A DNA stretch of 59,328 bases, counting the filler, from Sphacelaria rigidula (taxonomy: Eukaryota), in assembly GCA_964200075.2 (NCBI GenBank). It is 8 parts of 8 records of this genome, joined end to end, with 100 filler letters (N's around TTAATTAATTAA, not from the genome) between each part and the next. Parts side by side here need not be neighbours in the genome. Positions count along the whole stretch, not along the records: positions 22,288 to 29,616 come from CAXNAA020015418.1; positions 29,717 to 37,044 come from CAXNAA020015419.1; 6 more parts are not named here. One strand, given 5' to 3'. Under the pieces are notes generated by a model. It saw nothing but the letters and a program-made list of their open reading frames with translations. It was not told where the DNA came from and made no database searches. The stretch's first letter is position 1. Every line of letters starts with the position of its first letter. Made by a program: the position numbers and the translations under genes. Below are positions 24,300 through 37,144 of the stretch, one piece after another.

Positions 24300-27200
24300 G
24301 GCATGAACGATTTGCCCCCCCTGACCAGAGGGTGGGGTAAATGCCTCACGTTTTATTCACTCAAGCCTCGCCATTTCCGTTCACGGCTAATCGGCTTACA
24401 TGGTATCGTGCCTTGTAGCATGTATGCACGACCAGTTTGACATTACGGTCACACAAGCAGTTTTGTGAATTTGCGAAGTATAGAGTAAAAATGACATTCT
24501 TTCACCGTTGCATCCGTGGTCATGCATCAGATTCCCTAGCAAGTGGTTCGCGTTCCTGAAAGTATATGCTGTACTCGGTACTAGTTGTAGCCGACAACAT
24601 CTCGATAGCTCCTGTGTATCTCTTCCATAGGCAAACCGTTAACTCCCATGATATCGCGTTCAGTCGTTTCACTCAGGTAACACTGCCATCGCAACCTCAT
24701 GTGTCCCCACAGTATATAGACTCGAATAAACAGTACACGGCAGAGGTTCTTCCGCATGCATAGTCCGACATTTGATATTCGATGGTGATTCGGAATAGCT
24801 TTGTTCCTACAGTGAAAGCACATTACTCATGCACTGTTGGACTGAGAACAAAGTCAAGGATTTCATCGAGAAGATGGTGCAGGCCGTAAACAGTCAGTAC
24901 CGTCATCCTCTACATCCATATTGTAACAGCAATCATAAATCGATCAGACGGTAGCATGTAGAAGAACCGAGCGTCGGTATCCAAAAGTATCGTCTCAGTA
25001 CGACTCATGTGCAGGGTGAATCATGAAGCAAGAAAGATGACTCCGTCAAGCAATCGGCTTTCGGTGTAAAATACAACAGTTGTTGGACGACCACCTGTTT
25101 GCACATTCACACCAAGGCCAACAAACACCCGGTCAGGACGTGAATGCAGCAATACAGTGTTGTGTGCCCAACGGGTACGGCGGTTGCAAGCAGCAGTTCA
25201 GACATCTTGTACAGCCATCCTGTAACAGCATCGCAATGAATAAAACGGTTGCATGTCGTAAATACCCAGGGTGATATCGCAACTCAATTTGCGGAGACAC
25301 AAGCGATTTTTCATCTAGCGGGTTTTGCCGAAGTGGAGTTTGCATAAACCAAGCACCACTATGCAAGAATCGAAGCATTTGGCGACAGCGGCGTCAGATG
25401 TGAATGAGTCCAACGTTACTCCGTCCAGCGGCAACGCCTAGAGCTTAAACTTGAAGCAGTGGGGTTGAAATGATGTATTAATCCAACCTAGTTTGCATGC
25501 CCCATCCCGTTTCTGCATGTGACTGTAACACGCGGATATTCGCGCCTCCAGTGAAAGTACGTCACTCGCAGCTAAAGTGCCCGAATGCATGAAAAAGATC
25601 GCGCCCCGGCAACGTTTGGACACCTAAAGCACTCTCCCATGCGTCTGTGATTTTCGAGAGTGATAGACGAAGCATCCAAGCAATAATGTATGTCGCTTAC
25701 AACAGCCATCCTTTATAGCATCATCACTACCAATCGCAACGGTTGTTTTACGACGGAGCTGCAGGGGTATCATTGCGCAGGCTCGGGAGAAACAACTTCA
25801 AACTTCAACTCCAGCTGGCGTCGGTAAGCGGGGCGTGTGAAACGGGCATAGTGGTTTCAATTCATTTTGAGTTGCAGTGCAAATTCACGTGTGGCGAATA
25901 CAGTAAACAGCAAGCTTGATGTGTGAGGCAGCATAGCGTCGCTCCTTTCAGCTGCATTGTACAGCAGAAAACATACAGCAGCTGTTGCATGGAAATATTT
26001 AGCAAAGCAGTGTGGAGAGGCATGCAATCCTAGTATCCACCGTGACTCTACTCAATCAGGTCTACACGACAATATTTGACCTGTCACGGCTCTAAAGCAA
26101 ACATGGCGTTGTCTCATCACACGGCGAAATCAGAGCCTACAGTACAACTGAGCAGCTGCGTTACACAGCGAACTCGGGCGTACAGCAGTTATGGCATCCA
26201 AGAATACAGCAAAGCGGTGTAGAGAATCATTTCATCTTGGCGTCAACCGTGATGTGGTGTATTGAGCAAGCACCAAGTTGTCTTATGTCACACTTCCTTG
26301 CAGGTTCAACTTTCACATTTCGTTCCTGTACCCACTCCGTGAAAGCAGATTTATTTCAAGGCGTAAGGAAGATAGATCATCACATCTAAAAACCCTCCGC
26401 ATTTATATGACAATGTGCATGGGGTATCAGCCTGGTTCGTGCTCTGTGCAAGCGTTGTGCAACGCTATTTCAGATGATGCGAGATGCACACAACAGATGG
26501 CCTACCTTTATACCCCCAGTTCAACGGCATCAGACAGACCGTAGTGCATGAAAACAGTCTAGCTAGCTGGATTTCAGCTGTATGATCAGTGATCAGCAAG
26601 CTAAAAGTCCAGCGATTGACCGAGGACCAGTTCGTTCATTCGTCATTCTCAGACAGCAAAAATCGTGATCACATGCGGGGTTCTTGTTTGAGGCGAACAA
26701 CGAATCTTCATATATGGGGATCGAAGCATCACGGTGGCGTATGCGTTGTTGAAGGAGCGCATTTCGGGAAATCGCAAGAGGAGTGATCAATATGTCACGG
26801 ATGACAGCAGTCGACACAATAGCCCCGGTTGTAGAAGCGCCATGATACAAACAGAATAGTGTTGGCCACAAACAGAATTGTTTTGAAACCGACGGCCCAT
26901 CATCGTACTGTCCTCATCCACCACGCCACGCCGCGATCCGTAACAGCAGTCGACATTCTCGAGCGGAAAGTCGAAGATTTCTGAACCTTCTCGAACTTAC
27001 AATTCACACCTACCTTCTTCGCCGCTCCACACAGCCCTGGGGTCCTACGAGTATAAACACCTGCTGCACGCAGCTCCAGCAAGTCTCCAGTCTGGATCAA
27101 TCACGGGCCAGCCGCCTTTGCAGCTACCTCAGCTTGAAACCTCCTCACGCGTCCGTGAAGCTATATGCCCGAAGCTCTCACAAGCTGTCCAGACACCTAC

Positions 27201-27300
27201 CTGCTGAAAAAAATTCAGCAGTCTCCTAACGATAGCACTCCTAGCACTAATATCGATATTGTGACGCCAGCAGGTTGCAAGTACTGCAGCGTCTAAATAC
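24300..27300 (-). mobile_element. Possible very old Copia-like polyprotein relic
   Basis: Weak, roughly collinear minus-strand motifs: gag-like LQYLQPAGVTIS near 27260-27290 (same nucleotide motif at 22368-22394), AVYCI near 25900 and FLHS near 25360. No intact ORF and no LTRs found. Confidence 0.3.
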
Positions 27301-28656
27301 TGTTGAGGGACTCCCCAGTTCGACTGGCCTCAAGGTCTCAATTGTCAGCCTTCATAACGGCTTATCATTCCCGGAGTGCCTTCCAGGCCGCTCCATAAAC
27401 TACATCAGGGTAACATCCCTGTGTCCATGTCATCATCCATATCATCACTACTGATCCCAAGTCATCATTCAATCATCACCGCATACTCAACGTGACGGCG
27501 TGATTTCGCCACACAGCGAAGAAAAAACTCTTGCGACGAGCACTGCTTCATCCGAGTTGCCACTCGAGTACGAACGGCCGAGTGGGTGCATATAAACATC
27601 TCCACAGCAACAGTGGTGCTTGAATGAACTTCGCCCGTTGAGTCGGCCCATGAGACGCACCTAGACGATGACATGAAGAAGGCATTGTTGGGGGGGGGAA
27701 AGAAAAAAGTCGGCTCCGGAAATAACGCCTAGATGAAATTCTTCCCGTGATCCGACGTGTTACACGCAGTAACCCCGACCACAGAGCCCGAAGTTGTCCC
27801 GAAGACATGTGAGTTTATAGCGCTTAGATCACATTCGCCCTGTGAGTCTCAGGAAAGGGTCCAGTCACCCGGTTGCCGGCAGCAGAAGGGAGAGTGAAAA
27901 TATGAAGGAGAAAAAAAGCGAAATATTACGTTTTAACCCTTCAGCAACCGCATGTAACCGTACAGTAGTAAATTTCGATGGAGAGGGAGAGAAGAAGCTT
28001 GTCCACAAGTCGGGCAGATCATGATCCGTCTGAAAATTACTTATTTTCAGTATACTGATCCGGATCATGATCCGGATCATTTGGCTCGCCTTTTCCACCT
28101 TTGCTCCTTATGGCGGCGGACGGTGAGCTCGCCGAATAGTGCGGAGGTTGCGCTTTGGCTTTTCTGACTCCGCGGTCACGTATCTTGTGTTTTTGGACCA
28201 ACGGACTCGAGTCTCCTTTGATTGGCTGTTTCCGACAGATCATGATCTGTCCGACGTGTAAACTTGTCCGCGACTGCTTCATCAGCATTCTCCACAAAGT
28301 GATCGAGCTCGCGACTGTGTACCACCTCAAGTTGAGTCCAGTACTCGTCCCTGTCCTGGACCCTACCACTGCGCACTTCAACCTTTTCAAGTCTGCCTAA
28401 ACGTCAATCTTGACCCCGCGGTATTCAAAGGGAAGTGCTCATCCAGTGCACGCCATGCCACATACGGTGACCTTGACTTGAAAAGAATGTGTCTTCCAAC
28501 CCCGTCCTTCACAGTATTCATCAGTAAAAATCTTTCCCGTTGACCAGGAGGAAAACTACAGGGTGCCGAAAATTGGGACCTTTTGAACCGAAAAAAAGGC
28601 ATGAAGGAAAAAAAAAGAAAAAAAGACAGTGTTGTTTTTTCGGAAAAAATAAAAAA

Positions 28657-28728
28657 CGGTGTTCAATGAGGGAATCGAACCCAGCACCTGCTTTTTCATA
28701 GTCTAGAGCGTTTTATTTGACACAAGGG
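28657..28728 (-). other. tRNA-derived relic (B box, no intact cloverleaf)
   Basis: Minus strand reads ...CTAGACTATGAAAAAGCAGGTGCTGGGTTCGATTCCC...CACCG followed by T-runs. The acceptor and D stems do not pair. Confidence 0.45.
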
Positions 28729-28796
28729 TGCAAATCGGACTTATATTTTTTTCAGACAGAGGAAGTACAGATTATGTGCACGGTGAGTTCTCGTAA

Positions 28797-29037
28797 CCCT
28801 TCCGGATCTCGCGAAAAACAGCAAAAATTCCCATATGCGAGCTTTCGTCATCGGGAAAGCGTCACTTCGAGTTCGGTGAACAAATCTGTCACATTGGTAT
28901 ACTCGAATCTTTAGAGTGGTGCACTGTTTTTGTTAGCTGCATCATCAATACTTTGCACAAAAACAAACATATCTTGCCCCGAGAAGAGAAAACGTCAATT
29001 GTAAATCGTCATTTTTCCATCAGCGGTTCCAAAAGGG
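28797..29037. mobile_element. piggyBac-like MITE, copy 1
   Basis: Ends CCCTTCCGGA...CGGTTCCAAAAGGG with degenerate TTAA-like flanks (GTAA/TTAT). Alignable over ~240 bp with 35583-35827. Confidence 0.55.
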
Positions 29038-29616
29038 TTATTCATGTCGTCCGGACATGCACCCAATCTTGGCAACTCTGGCTCGTCGAGTGGGTCAACA
29101 CATAGCGGGGGATTTTCAAACAAACCTCCACCCAAATAATAGAAACGTGTATGCTGCTCTATTTCACGCGTGATGGACACCTAGGCATGACCCTACTTAC
29201 TCTCGAAAGGACAAATATATATATATATATTATGTAGGTCAATGACCCAGAAAAGGTATACCTTCTCGTTTTTTTGCCGAAGAAAGGTACGAAAAATGGC
29301 CAGAAACGCGAAAACAGCCCAACACGTGATATATACGATCGCACCTATTGCAACAAGCAATAGATTCTATGCTGTAAGCAGGACATGTATTCACCCTGGC
29401 CGTTTGGGATTGCCGTGCACGTGTTTCGTTTGTGTTTTCGTTGGGGGCATGTGTGCTGTAGCGCTGAACGCTATTAGTGTTCTGTTCCTCTTCGTATATG
29501 CGTGAACGGCGGTACTGTATCCGTTGCTTGAAGCAACCATCGATGATGCGACGACCGCCCGTTGGTGACGGAAGAGCCTAGCTTGACCGTAACGCCAGCC
29601 CCGAAACCGGAACAGT

Positions 29617-29716
29617 NNNNNNNNNNNNNNNNNNNNNNNNNNNNNNNNNNNNNNNNNNNNTTAATTAATTAANNNNNNNNNNNNNNNNNNNNNNNNNNNN
29701 NNNNNNNNNNNNNNNN
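29617..29716. other. Artificial contig linker
   Basis: N44-TTAATTAATTAA-N44. Confidence 0.99.
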
Positions 29717-30125
29717 TTGGATTGTTCAATTTCCATCCTGTCGTGTATGTCGGTCCGGAACGTGTTCTAGTGGCGGTCCCCGGTATATGTACGGTGGCAG
29801 TCTGTACATTTGTCTAGGTTTTAGTGGCTTCTTTTACAGCGCCGTTGCCACTCGACGCTAACCCAAGAGTCTAGAGGTGACTGTGGGGAGGGGGGTTTCT
29901 TCAAGGGGCGCGGGGGGGGGGGTATCGTATATAGTGTCAGCTATTGTGCAACTCTGTGAGACTGTGTAGTGAGACAGTTAGCCTGTCTAGTTTATCTAGA
30001 CAGTGCCACACGCCACCAGCCACTCCAAAAACCAACACTATGAACTACTTCTGTTATTACTGGATGAAGAGAACCAAGTTCAGAGACGAACATAGCAGCA
30101 GGAGGTGCAGCAGATGTGTACATCG

Positions 30126-30353
30126 ACTAGACTCTACCCTTTCGTTGCAGACTTCCTTGTAACCCGCCAGTCGATGTACACATCTATTGACATCTCCACT
30201 CGGGCGAAGAGCATAGCGGCACACCACGCATGTCCTACTAGACTCCACCCTTTTGTTGCAGACTTCCTTAAAACCCGCTGGTCGATGTACAGATAGATCT
30301 ATTGACATCTCTACTCGGGCGAAGAGCACAGCGGCACACCACGCATATCCTAC
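30126..30353. repeat. Tandem duplication, unit ~111-115 bp
   Basis: ACTAGACTC.ACCCTTT.GTTGCAGACTTCCTT...GGCACACCACGCAT.TCCTAC starts at 30126 and again at 30237. Confidence 0.9.
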
Positions 30354-30641
30354 GACGTACGTGGTGGCGATCCGTGAAATGCGCACGCACACAGCCTCGT
30401 CTGTGTGCGCAGCACCACGCCAGCGACGAACACGTGCCGAGCATGGAACACCTTTTCTCTCCCCCCAAAACCTCAACACCTCCCGACCACACGCACCCGA
30501 CACACGCATTAACCGAAGGATTGTCCCCACGAGTCTGGGATTTGCTGGGTCAGTCAGGCGCGGGTCAGTCAGGCGCATACGCCAACGCCAGGTTACAGCA
30601 GTGGCAGAGAGGTTGTGTTTCGTCGCATCGCAGGTTGACTT

Positions 30642-30945
30642 TGTTCAGGAAGCGAACAGTTTACCCATCGAACCAGTGAGCGCTCACTGGTTCGATGGGT
30701 TAAGTGTTCGCTTCCTGAACAAAAGATATGTTGCGTGGTCCGTCCCGGCATGACCAATTGTGGAAGGGATGAGTTTGACATGGGAAACAATGAGGCTTGC
30801 GAGGGGCATGAGGCCCCGGAGATCACTGATGTGTCATGCCGGGACGGACCACGCAACATATCTCTTGTTCAGGAAGCGAACAGTGAACCCATTGGACCAG
30901 TGGGCGCCCACTGGTTCAATGGGTTCACTGTTCGCTTCCTGAACA
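30642..30945. repeat. 304-bp inverted-repeat element capped by two spacerless 80-bp palindromes
   Basis: Palindromes TGTTCAGG...CCTGAACA at 30642-30721 and 30866-30945. Perfect 31-bp inverted repeat at 30724-30754 and 30833-30863 around a 78-bp core. Confidence 0.92.
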
Positions 30946-32320
30946 CTCTACGGGGCGTGCGACGCTTGCCCCGAAGCATTTCCGTGCCGACGATTCTCTT
31001 CGACCGTTTACAGGCCTGATACCTGCATGTGTGCCCACGGAGCAGCCCACCATGCCTGTGAAACCCCATCATCGATCACTGGAACCGAAACCGTCGAAGC
31101 GCCCAGTAATAGTCATAGTCATAGACCGTTTCTAGTTATTCCAAGTGGGGCATGACTCTCGTTTTCTTCGAGGGGAAACATTGACTCACGCGCGCGTCGA
31201 GAAGAGAGCAGCAGCGATAATGATGAAAACACTAGCGCGCGTCCTTCTGGCCAAAGGAATACACGATATCGTGACGTGCGAAGCACTACTGTGGCAACGT
31301 GTTGGTTGCGCTTTTGAACAGCGCAAACCGATTCCTCCGTTCGTTAGGGCCAGAACGCATTCGCGATCTCCTTAGGCTCAGGCGTACCGCGGGCAGCCTG
31401 AGCGGGACCCCACCCCCCTCTCGTGTCACCTTGTTGACCTCCCTTAACATACCGCACTCTCTTCTGCCACGCAAGCCGTCGATAATTAGTACCACCACGC
31501 CCCAGCTAATAAGGCCAACCGGCGAAACTCCCACGCGCAAATGCGAGGAACCAAATAAAGGATCCGTTCGTGTCAAGCTGGCGGTAGGAGGACGGACTCT
31601 ATGCAAGCACTCCCAGCAAGGGCGGGAGGGGCGGTGGGGGTCTGATGGGGGCACGGAGGCAGATAAGAGCGCTCGTGCTGGGACAAGAGTGCTGGAAATC
31701 CTGCAAACGACAACCTGGGTCAACTTGCATGCGGTTGGTGGGGGTTGGAACGATGGAGTGTTCGAGGTACGCGAGTTGAATGGATATGGGGCGCGTTGGA
31801 GCGTTGATGGTACCGCGTTCAGGGGTTTTCTGGAGCCGCACATGGAGGACAGACACGCGAAGGGCTGGAAGCATTAAACTGACTGCTGATGATGTAGAGC
31901 ACGGTTGCGAGGAAGCAGAGGAGTGTGCTCGCGCCTCGCGCCTTCCCGCGATTTTGCTTCTTCTTTGTTCGAAAACAGGGGATATTGCTGCCACAGCGCT
32001 ACTCATTTGGTTTGCTTGCAACTCGGTAGGTGTTGCTGAACATTTTCGGTGGGTGGAATACCGCCGCGCCTTGGTGGTCAACCTGCATGGTACATCATCG
32101 GCCAGTTCGGACTGTTCAGTGGTTCCGAACCCCGACAGCAACGGTTAATGTTTTATTGGTTTTCCTTGTGGAAAAAGCGTGCGGGCATCATTTTCAACAA
32201 AATCCAGCCTAAGTCAACGTGCTGCAGGAGTGCTGATTCAATACTGAATAGTCAACTGCCAGGCAGGTACCGAGGCAGGGGGGGTTGATCTCTTCAAGCC
32301 AAGACCTCGTCCCGAGAAAG

Positions 32321-32525
32321 GGAGAGGGGAGGGGGGGGGCGTACTCATTTGTTGCTTGCCTTGGTCGTTTGATCATTGACCACGCATCTCTTTCGAGACG
32401 GAGCACCGTTCCCACTCCTAATACAGACATCTCCAACATTGCGGTGCTCGGTATGTCTCTTCCATGCATTACACAAGACCCTTTCACATAGTGTATCCCC
32501 GTCTTGTTTCGCCGTCTATCTCCTA
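32321..32525 (-). mobile_element. 5'-truncated LINE 3' end abutting a C-rich run
   Basis: Reverse complement aligns with 4856-5065 and ends ...AAATGAGTACG-CCCCCCCCCTCCCC. Its 5' side is interrupted at TA by MITE copy C. Confidence 0.88.
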
Positions 32526-33119
32526 CGAGCTGAGCCAGCAGTAACTCCCACATGCGTTTTCCACACCACGACTTGTCGAGTTTCCCAAATCAGCGCGACT
32601 TGAGCACATCGCTATGAACTGGAGACCAAGCTGATAACACACGGCACCGCCGCTGAATGAAGAAAACAAATGTACTGCATAATGTGTGACCTTGACGACG
32701 GACGCAAAATAAAGAGAATATGTGGGGATTCGAACTCATGATCTCCATAACTGGAGTCTCTTGTATTACTTGATCTAAAGGGGTGCGGCCGTTTCACACG
32801 AAAAGTGCGACGCAAAGCCCAATTTGAGGTATTTTTGGCCGAAACTTCGAAACTTCACCAGGATGTCGTTGACCCGAGTGCCCGTACGTGTTGGAGCGTT
32901 CTCGTCATTTCTGTCGTTTTGTCAAGGAAGCTAGAGTACTTATCCTGTTTTTGTTGAAAGTTCAACTCACTCTAACTTCCTGTTTTTTTCATTTTCGCTT
33001 TGCACCCCCAATAATATAGGGTCGCCCGGGTTGATGACAAAAGTTCGTAAACTCTTTGAATTACCGTGACATCTATCTCCACGCTTTGCTCAAAGCTCAT
33101 TGTCAGCTGGCCCAGCTTG
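32526..33119 (-). mobile_element. MITE family CGAGCTGGGCCAGC, copy C
   Basis: TA-CGAGCTGAGCCAGC...GCTGGCCCAGCTTG-TA. Reverse-complement homologue of 7992-8704, with the B-box-like motif at about 32725-32737. Confidence 0.85.
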
Positions 33120-34239
33120 TAGTACTGTACTGCTGTAGTGTTGGTGCGAACTTGTGAGTGGCCGCACGATGGTGGGGTGCGCTTATCTGTGAGTTTGAAA
33201 GAGAGGTAAGAGCTGAACCGGCCAAGAATTCCAACTGCTGGCGGTTATAAACAGTGCAGGGGCTGATATTTTCGACACGAAATATATTTTCATCGTCATG
33301 ACTGTGTGGAAAGCAGCGGGCGCGAACCAAAAAAAACAGAGACTTGACAGAGAGGGCGATTTGCGATTTCCGAAAAAAAGAAAAACCCTGACTACTTCCG
33401 TCAAAAACTGAGAATTTCCAACTAGCGTGCAGGAGGTCTTCGTGAAATTTGGGGTGAACTGGGAAGGACATTCCAATATTCGTGATACTCATGTACCTCA
33501 TTGCCGAGTAGAGTTTACCGCTGGACAAGGGTTTGTTGAGCCGATCTGGTGTTAGCGTGGACACCGAAACCCGGATCTTTAATGAGGGCTGTACTCCCAG
33601 CGTGCTCCTAGCGTGCGCAGAACGCGTTTTCTAGGGCTGTGAACTGGCAGCTCTATAGTCAGTTGAGTTTAACCTTTGGACCGCGAGGGTAGTCCATCGG
33701 TATGAAGAAAACCGCACCCTACAGAACATAACCTTGGTATTTTCAGCACCGTCGCGACATGATTTAGCACAACCCTACAACAGTATGTGTCTGCGTGATG
33801 CCATGGTATTCCCCCCCCAGACATATCACGAACAAAATGCCGATCGATACAGGGCATGCAGTTGGTGTCAGACTTCATGAAGTGCCTCATATAAGCGACA
33901 TTGATTGGCAGAAACGACTTGAGACGCGGTAGCTCCCAGCTGCTCCGTGCACTCGACTTTCGTAATTATTATGATTCGCATGCAGATTTTGCCTCCTCAA
34001 ATCAGCTATTTTTCTGGGCGGGGGGGGGGAGGCACCGCCGTATCACTAGTTTGTGACCTCAATGTGATGACTACTCCGCACATGGGTGTTTGTTTGTGAA
34101 AGCTACGCACAAATAAACGATCAGCCGAAGCCATGTGGTAGAGACCGGCCGTCTGTTCGCCCTTCACTTCACTTTTTTATTTCTTCCCTTTTCCAACGTG
34201 TTGGTCAATTATGTCGTTCGGTTCTACCTTTTCTGTTTC

Positions 34240-34350
34240 TTTTTTCTTCACCGAGTGTCCCAGTTTTGTTTTGTCTCGGGTACGTCCATCACGGGACCAC
34301 GGCTGGATCCCTGGGGGCTCAGTTAAAGTGCGACACAATCAATTAAATCC
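34240..34350 (+). mobile_element. 3' end of a second retroposon family with a CAAT-type tail
   Basis: GACCACGGCTGGATCCCTGGGGGCTCAGTTAAAGTGCGACACAATCAAT, homologous to the reverse complement of 43575-43695 and more distantly to 58957-59030. Confidence 0.6.
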
Positions 34351-34474
34351 ATTATTAGTATTCCGGCGGACCCAGGGTATCGGCACGCGAAAGTACCCGA
34401 CGTCATACCCTACCCTACCCTACCCTAACCACGTCAGCAAGGGGTTCTGAAAAAAAAAGCCGACAATAATTTTT

Positions 34475-34890
34475 CGATAGTGTTTGGTCAGAATTGTGAT
34501 AAATTGTACCCCCCGAAGGCACCTTGGAGGAAACTTGAGGCCCCCCCGTAGCATTAATGAACCCGCACTATACTCCAAGGTGCCTTCGGGGGGTGCCATT
34601 TCCGAGCAATGTTACGACAGGGATTGCACTTTTTGTTTATCGATCTCTTTTTTTGGAGGAGTCCAAAAATATGGGGCTTACTCTGCAACCGAAATCTCCG
34701 GGGACCGGACATGGAGATGCACGCAGGGGCCTTTTCGTGAATCGGCATCATTTTCAGTATTGCTTTGTTAAGGAAAGGTTATGCCGATTCTTAAAATGAC
34801 CCGCTCAACACCCCGAGAAACATTTTCGCTAAAATAGTTCAACCCCTATCTTACTATCACTCTTCCCACAATTCTGACCGAACACCATCG
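34475..34890. mobile_element. MITE-like element with 24-bp TIRs
   Basis: CGATAGTGTTTGGTCAGAATTGTG versus the reverse complement of CACAATTCTGACCGAACACCATCG (2 mismatches). Internal hairpin CCCCCCGAAGGCACCTTGGAG...CTCCAAGGTGCCTTCGGGGGG. Confidence 0.7.
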
Positions 34891-35582
34891 CAACGAAAAA
34901 GGTAAACCTTATAAGGCGCCTCTTTGTGGTGTACCGTTTACCATAATTCCGGCTACCGTCGAAAGTGTTTCGTGTCCACTGTTTTTTCGAATATTTTTTC
35001 GTTCATGTCCAAGTTTTGTGCATTCGGTTATCGTCCGCCATTACCACGAGTCGGAACTCTTGGCCAGCCAAGGTGGAGTGCAATTTAGAGGGCGGCACGT
35101 GGCCGCCATACTTCAGCGAGTGGGGACGCACGCATCAACCCATTTACCGGAATCACACGCAAAGCAAGACCGTCCGCCGTCTGGAGTCGAGCTACAGTAG
35201 GGGTGCACAATTATTTTCTAGGCCGGCGTACCGGAGTTGGACATGGACTCTCGCGCACTCGCACTAGTACAGTCAAGACGAAGTTGGGTCTGAACGTCAC
35301 GCAAACCCCTCGCAAGCAAACATTCCACATCATTGTGTAAAATGTCGTTGTTTTGTTTCACAACGGGAAAATACCTCGGAGAAGTGGTGGCCAAGATAGT
35401 GCACCCCTACCCTAACACGACGCTCCGCCCGGCGACTGCACACAGCAGACATACTGGGCGTACTGTCTTGTGTTCACTGTTGTTGTGCTTCGCGGTTCCA
35501 CGCTTAATATTCAGCCATACTTACTCTACAACTGATACCGCTCTATCCAACGGCAGATGGTCCTATGGCTGTCTGGCCTTGA

Positions 35583-35827
35583 TCCTTTCGGAACCGTTTC
35601 TGGAAAAAAGACGATTTACACACTCCCATACGCGAGCTTTCGTCACAGGAGAAACGTCAGTTCGAGTTCGGTGCACGAATCTGTCACATCAGTGTACTTG
35701 AGCTGAGAGTGGTGCACCTTTTCGGTAGGCTGCATTATCAACACTTGCAGAAGAAAAACCATACAGTATTTTGCCCAAGAAAACGTTCACTGTAAATCGT
35801 CACTTTTCCATCAACGGTTCAAAAGGG
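35583..35827. mobile_element. piggyBac-like MITE, copy 2
   Basis: TCCTTTCGGAACCG...CGGTTCAAAAGGG flanked by TTGA/TTCA. Homologous to 28797-29037. Confidence 0.55.
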
Positions 35828-36938
35828 TTCAGGTAACATGCCGATCGGACAAAAGCTCCTCGGAGGCTGGAAGCAAGCACCAGAGCACAAACACGTCCAA
35901 AAGATACACACAAGATATACAGATATAGTCAAGAAATATCTACGCTAGGGAGTTCGAGATCAGATGGTACTTTTTACAACCTCTGAACCGCCAGGGTGGG
36001 TCATCTACTGAATCGGCACTATTTCCTCTCGAAAACTGAGTGGAGGTCTCAGACGACCTACTCTTGCGGTTGAAGAAGTTGACATCCGGGAAATGTTCTT
36101 CTTTTCTTCTTTACATTTTCGACCTGAACGATAGATCTTTTAGTCAAAACCAAACGCGCCCCGAAAAAATATCGAAGCTTGCGCTCCTGAGAATCACTTT
36201 CTCGGTATAATTTGCCAACGCGACAAAATCGCGCAGCTTATCCCAATTTCGATGAACTCAGAAAGTTGGTCCCGCGGGATTCGATTGCCAACCGTCAACA
36301 ATTTAGAACTGCGTCGGATAACGTCGCTTGACGCTGTTGGTTGACACATTAAACCCATCTTAATCTTGCGCACGAGCAAGACTTTGAACTTTCTGCGGGG
36401 CGCGTTGGTCACGACGTCTGCCGTCTAGGTCAAAACCGTAGCAAGCTAAGAAATTTTTCCCCGACTTGCCAACAAATGAAAGCATAATCTTCACCGACAC
36501 CCCGCCATGCACATTTACATGTCTGCATACGGTGAGGTTGTACATGCGGTAAGCTACTGCACTGCCGACTACAACGACAACACAGCCCATCTTTGCACCA
36601 GCGAATATTTCTGTACTGTACCCACCGCACAACATGCTGAAAAATTGGCGCGAGACAGCTACCGTACTCGAGCGAGGTACAGTAGTACTGTGCAGCATAG
36701 CACGGTAGAAGGCACAGTACACGATGCAGCAAGCTGCTGTATCTGCTAAACTAAGAAAGACGTGCGAGCTGCACCAACGTGGACCAAAAACCGTACCTAG
36801 TCTACCTCATGTCATGAAAAACGCCACGACAATCACTTACAACACGCACACCCTCCAAGATCCCGCGAATAGCACGAAAACCTGCGAAAGCTGCGGCATT
36901 CGAATGCTTGACCGAAATGGTGGTCTATCGAACAATAA

Positions 36939-36949
36939 TGTGTGTGTGT

Positions 36950-36980
<31 letters not shown>

Positions 36981-36988
36981 GGGGGGGG
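36939..36988. repeat. (TG)n microsatellite running into poly-G
   Basis: Directly visible. Confidence 0.95.
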
Positions 36989-37044
36989 TGGGAGGTTTTG
37001 CTTTTGTCCGGCGCGGGGCACCGGCGTTGTTATGTCGATCCACC

Positions 37045-37144
37045 NNNNNNNNNNNNNNNNNNNNNNNNNNNNNNNNNNNNNNNNNNNNTTAATTAATTAA
37101 NNNNNNNNNNNNNNNNNNNNNNNNNNNNNNNNNNNNNNNNNNNN
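37045..37144. other. Artificial contig linker
   Basis: N44-TTAATTAATTAA-N44. Confidence 0.99.

Noticed and set aside
28037-28400. Short coding-like stretch on the minus strand
   Set aside because: Several overlapping frames are open and none has a recognisable motif or clear splice sites.
31286-32148. Overlapping 120-190 aa ORFs on both strands
   Set aside because: GC-rich sequence with ORFs in several frames and no domain signature.
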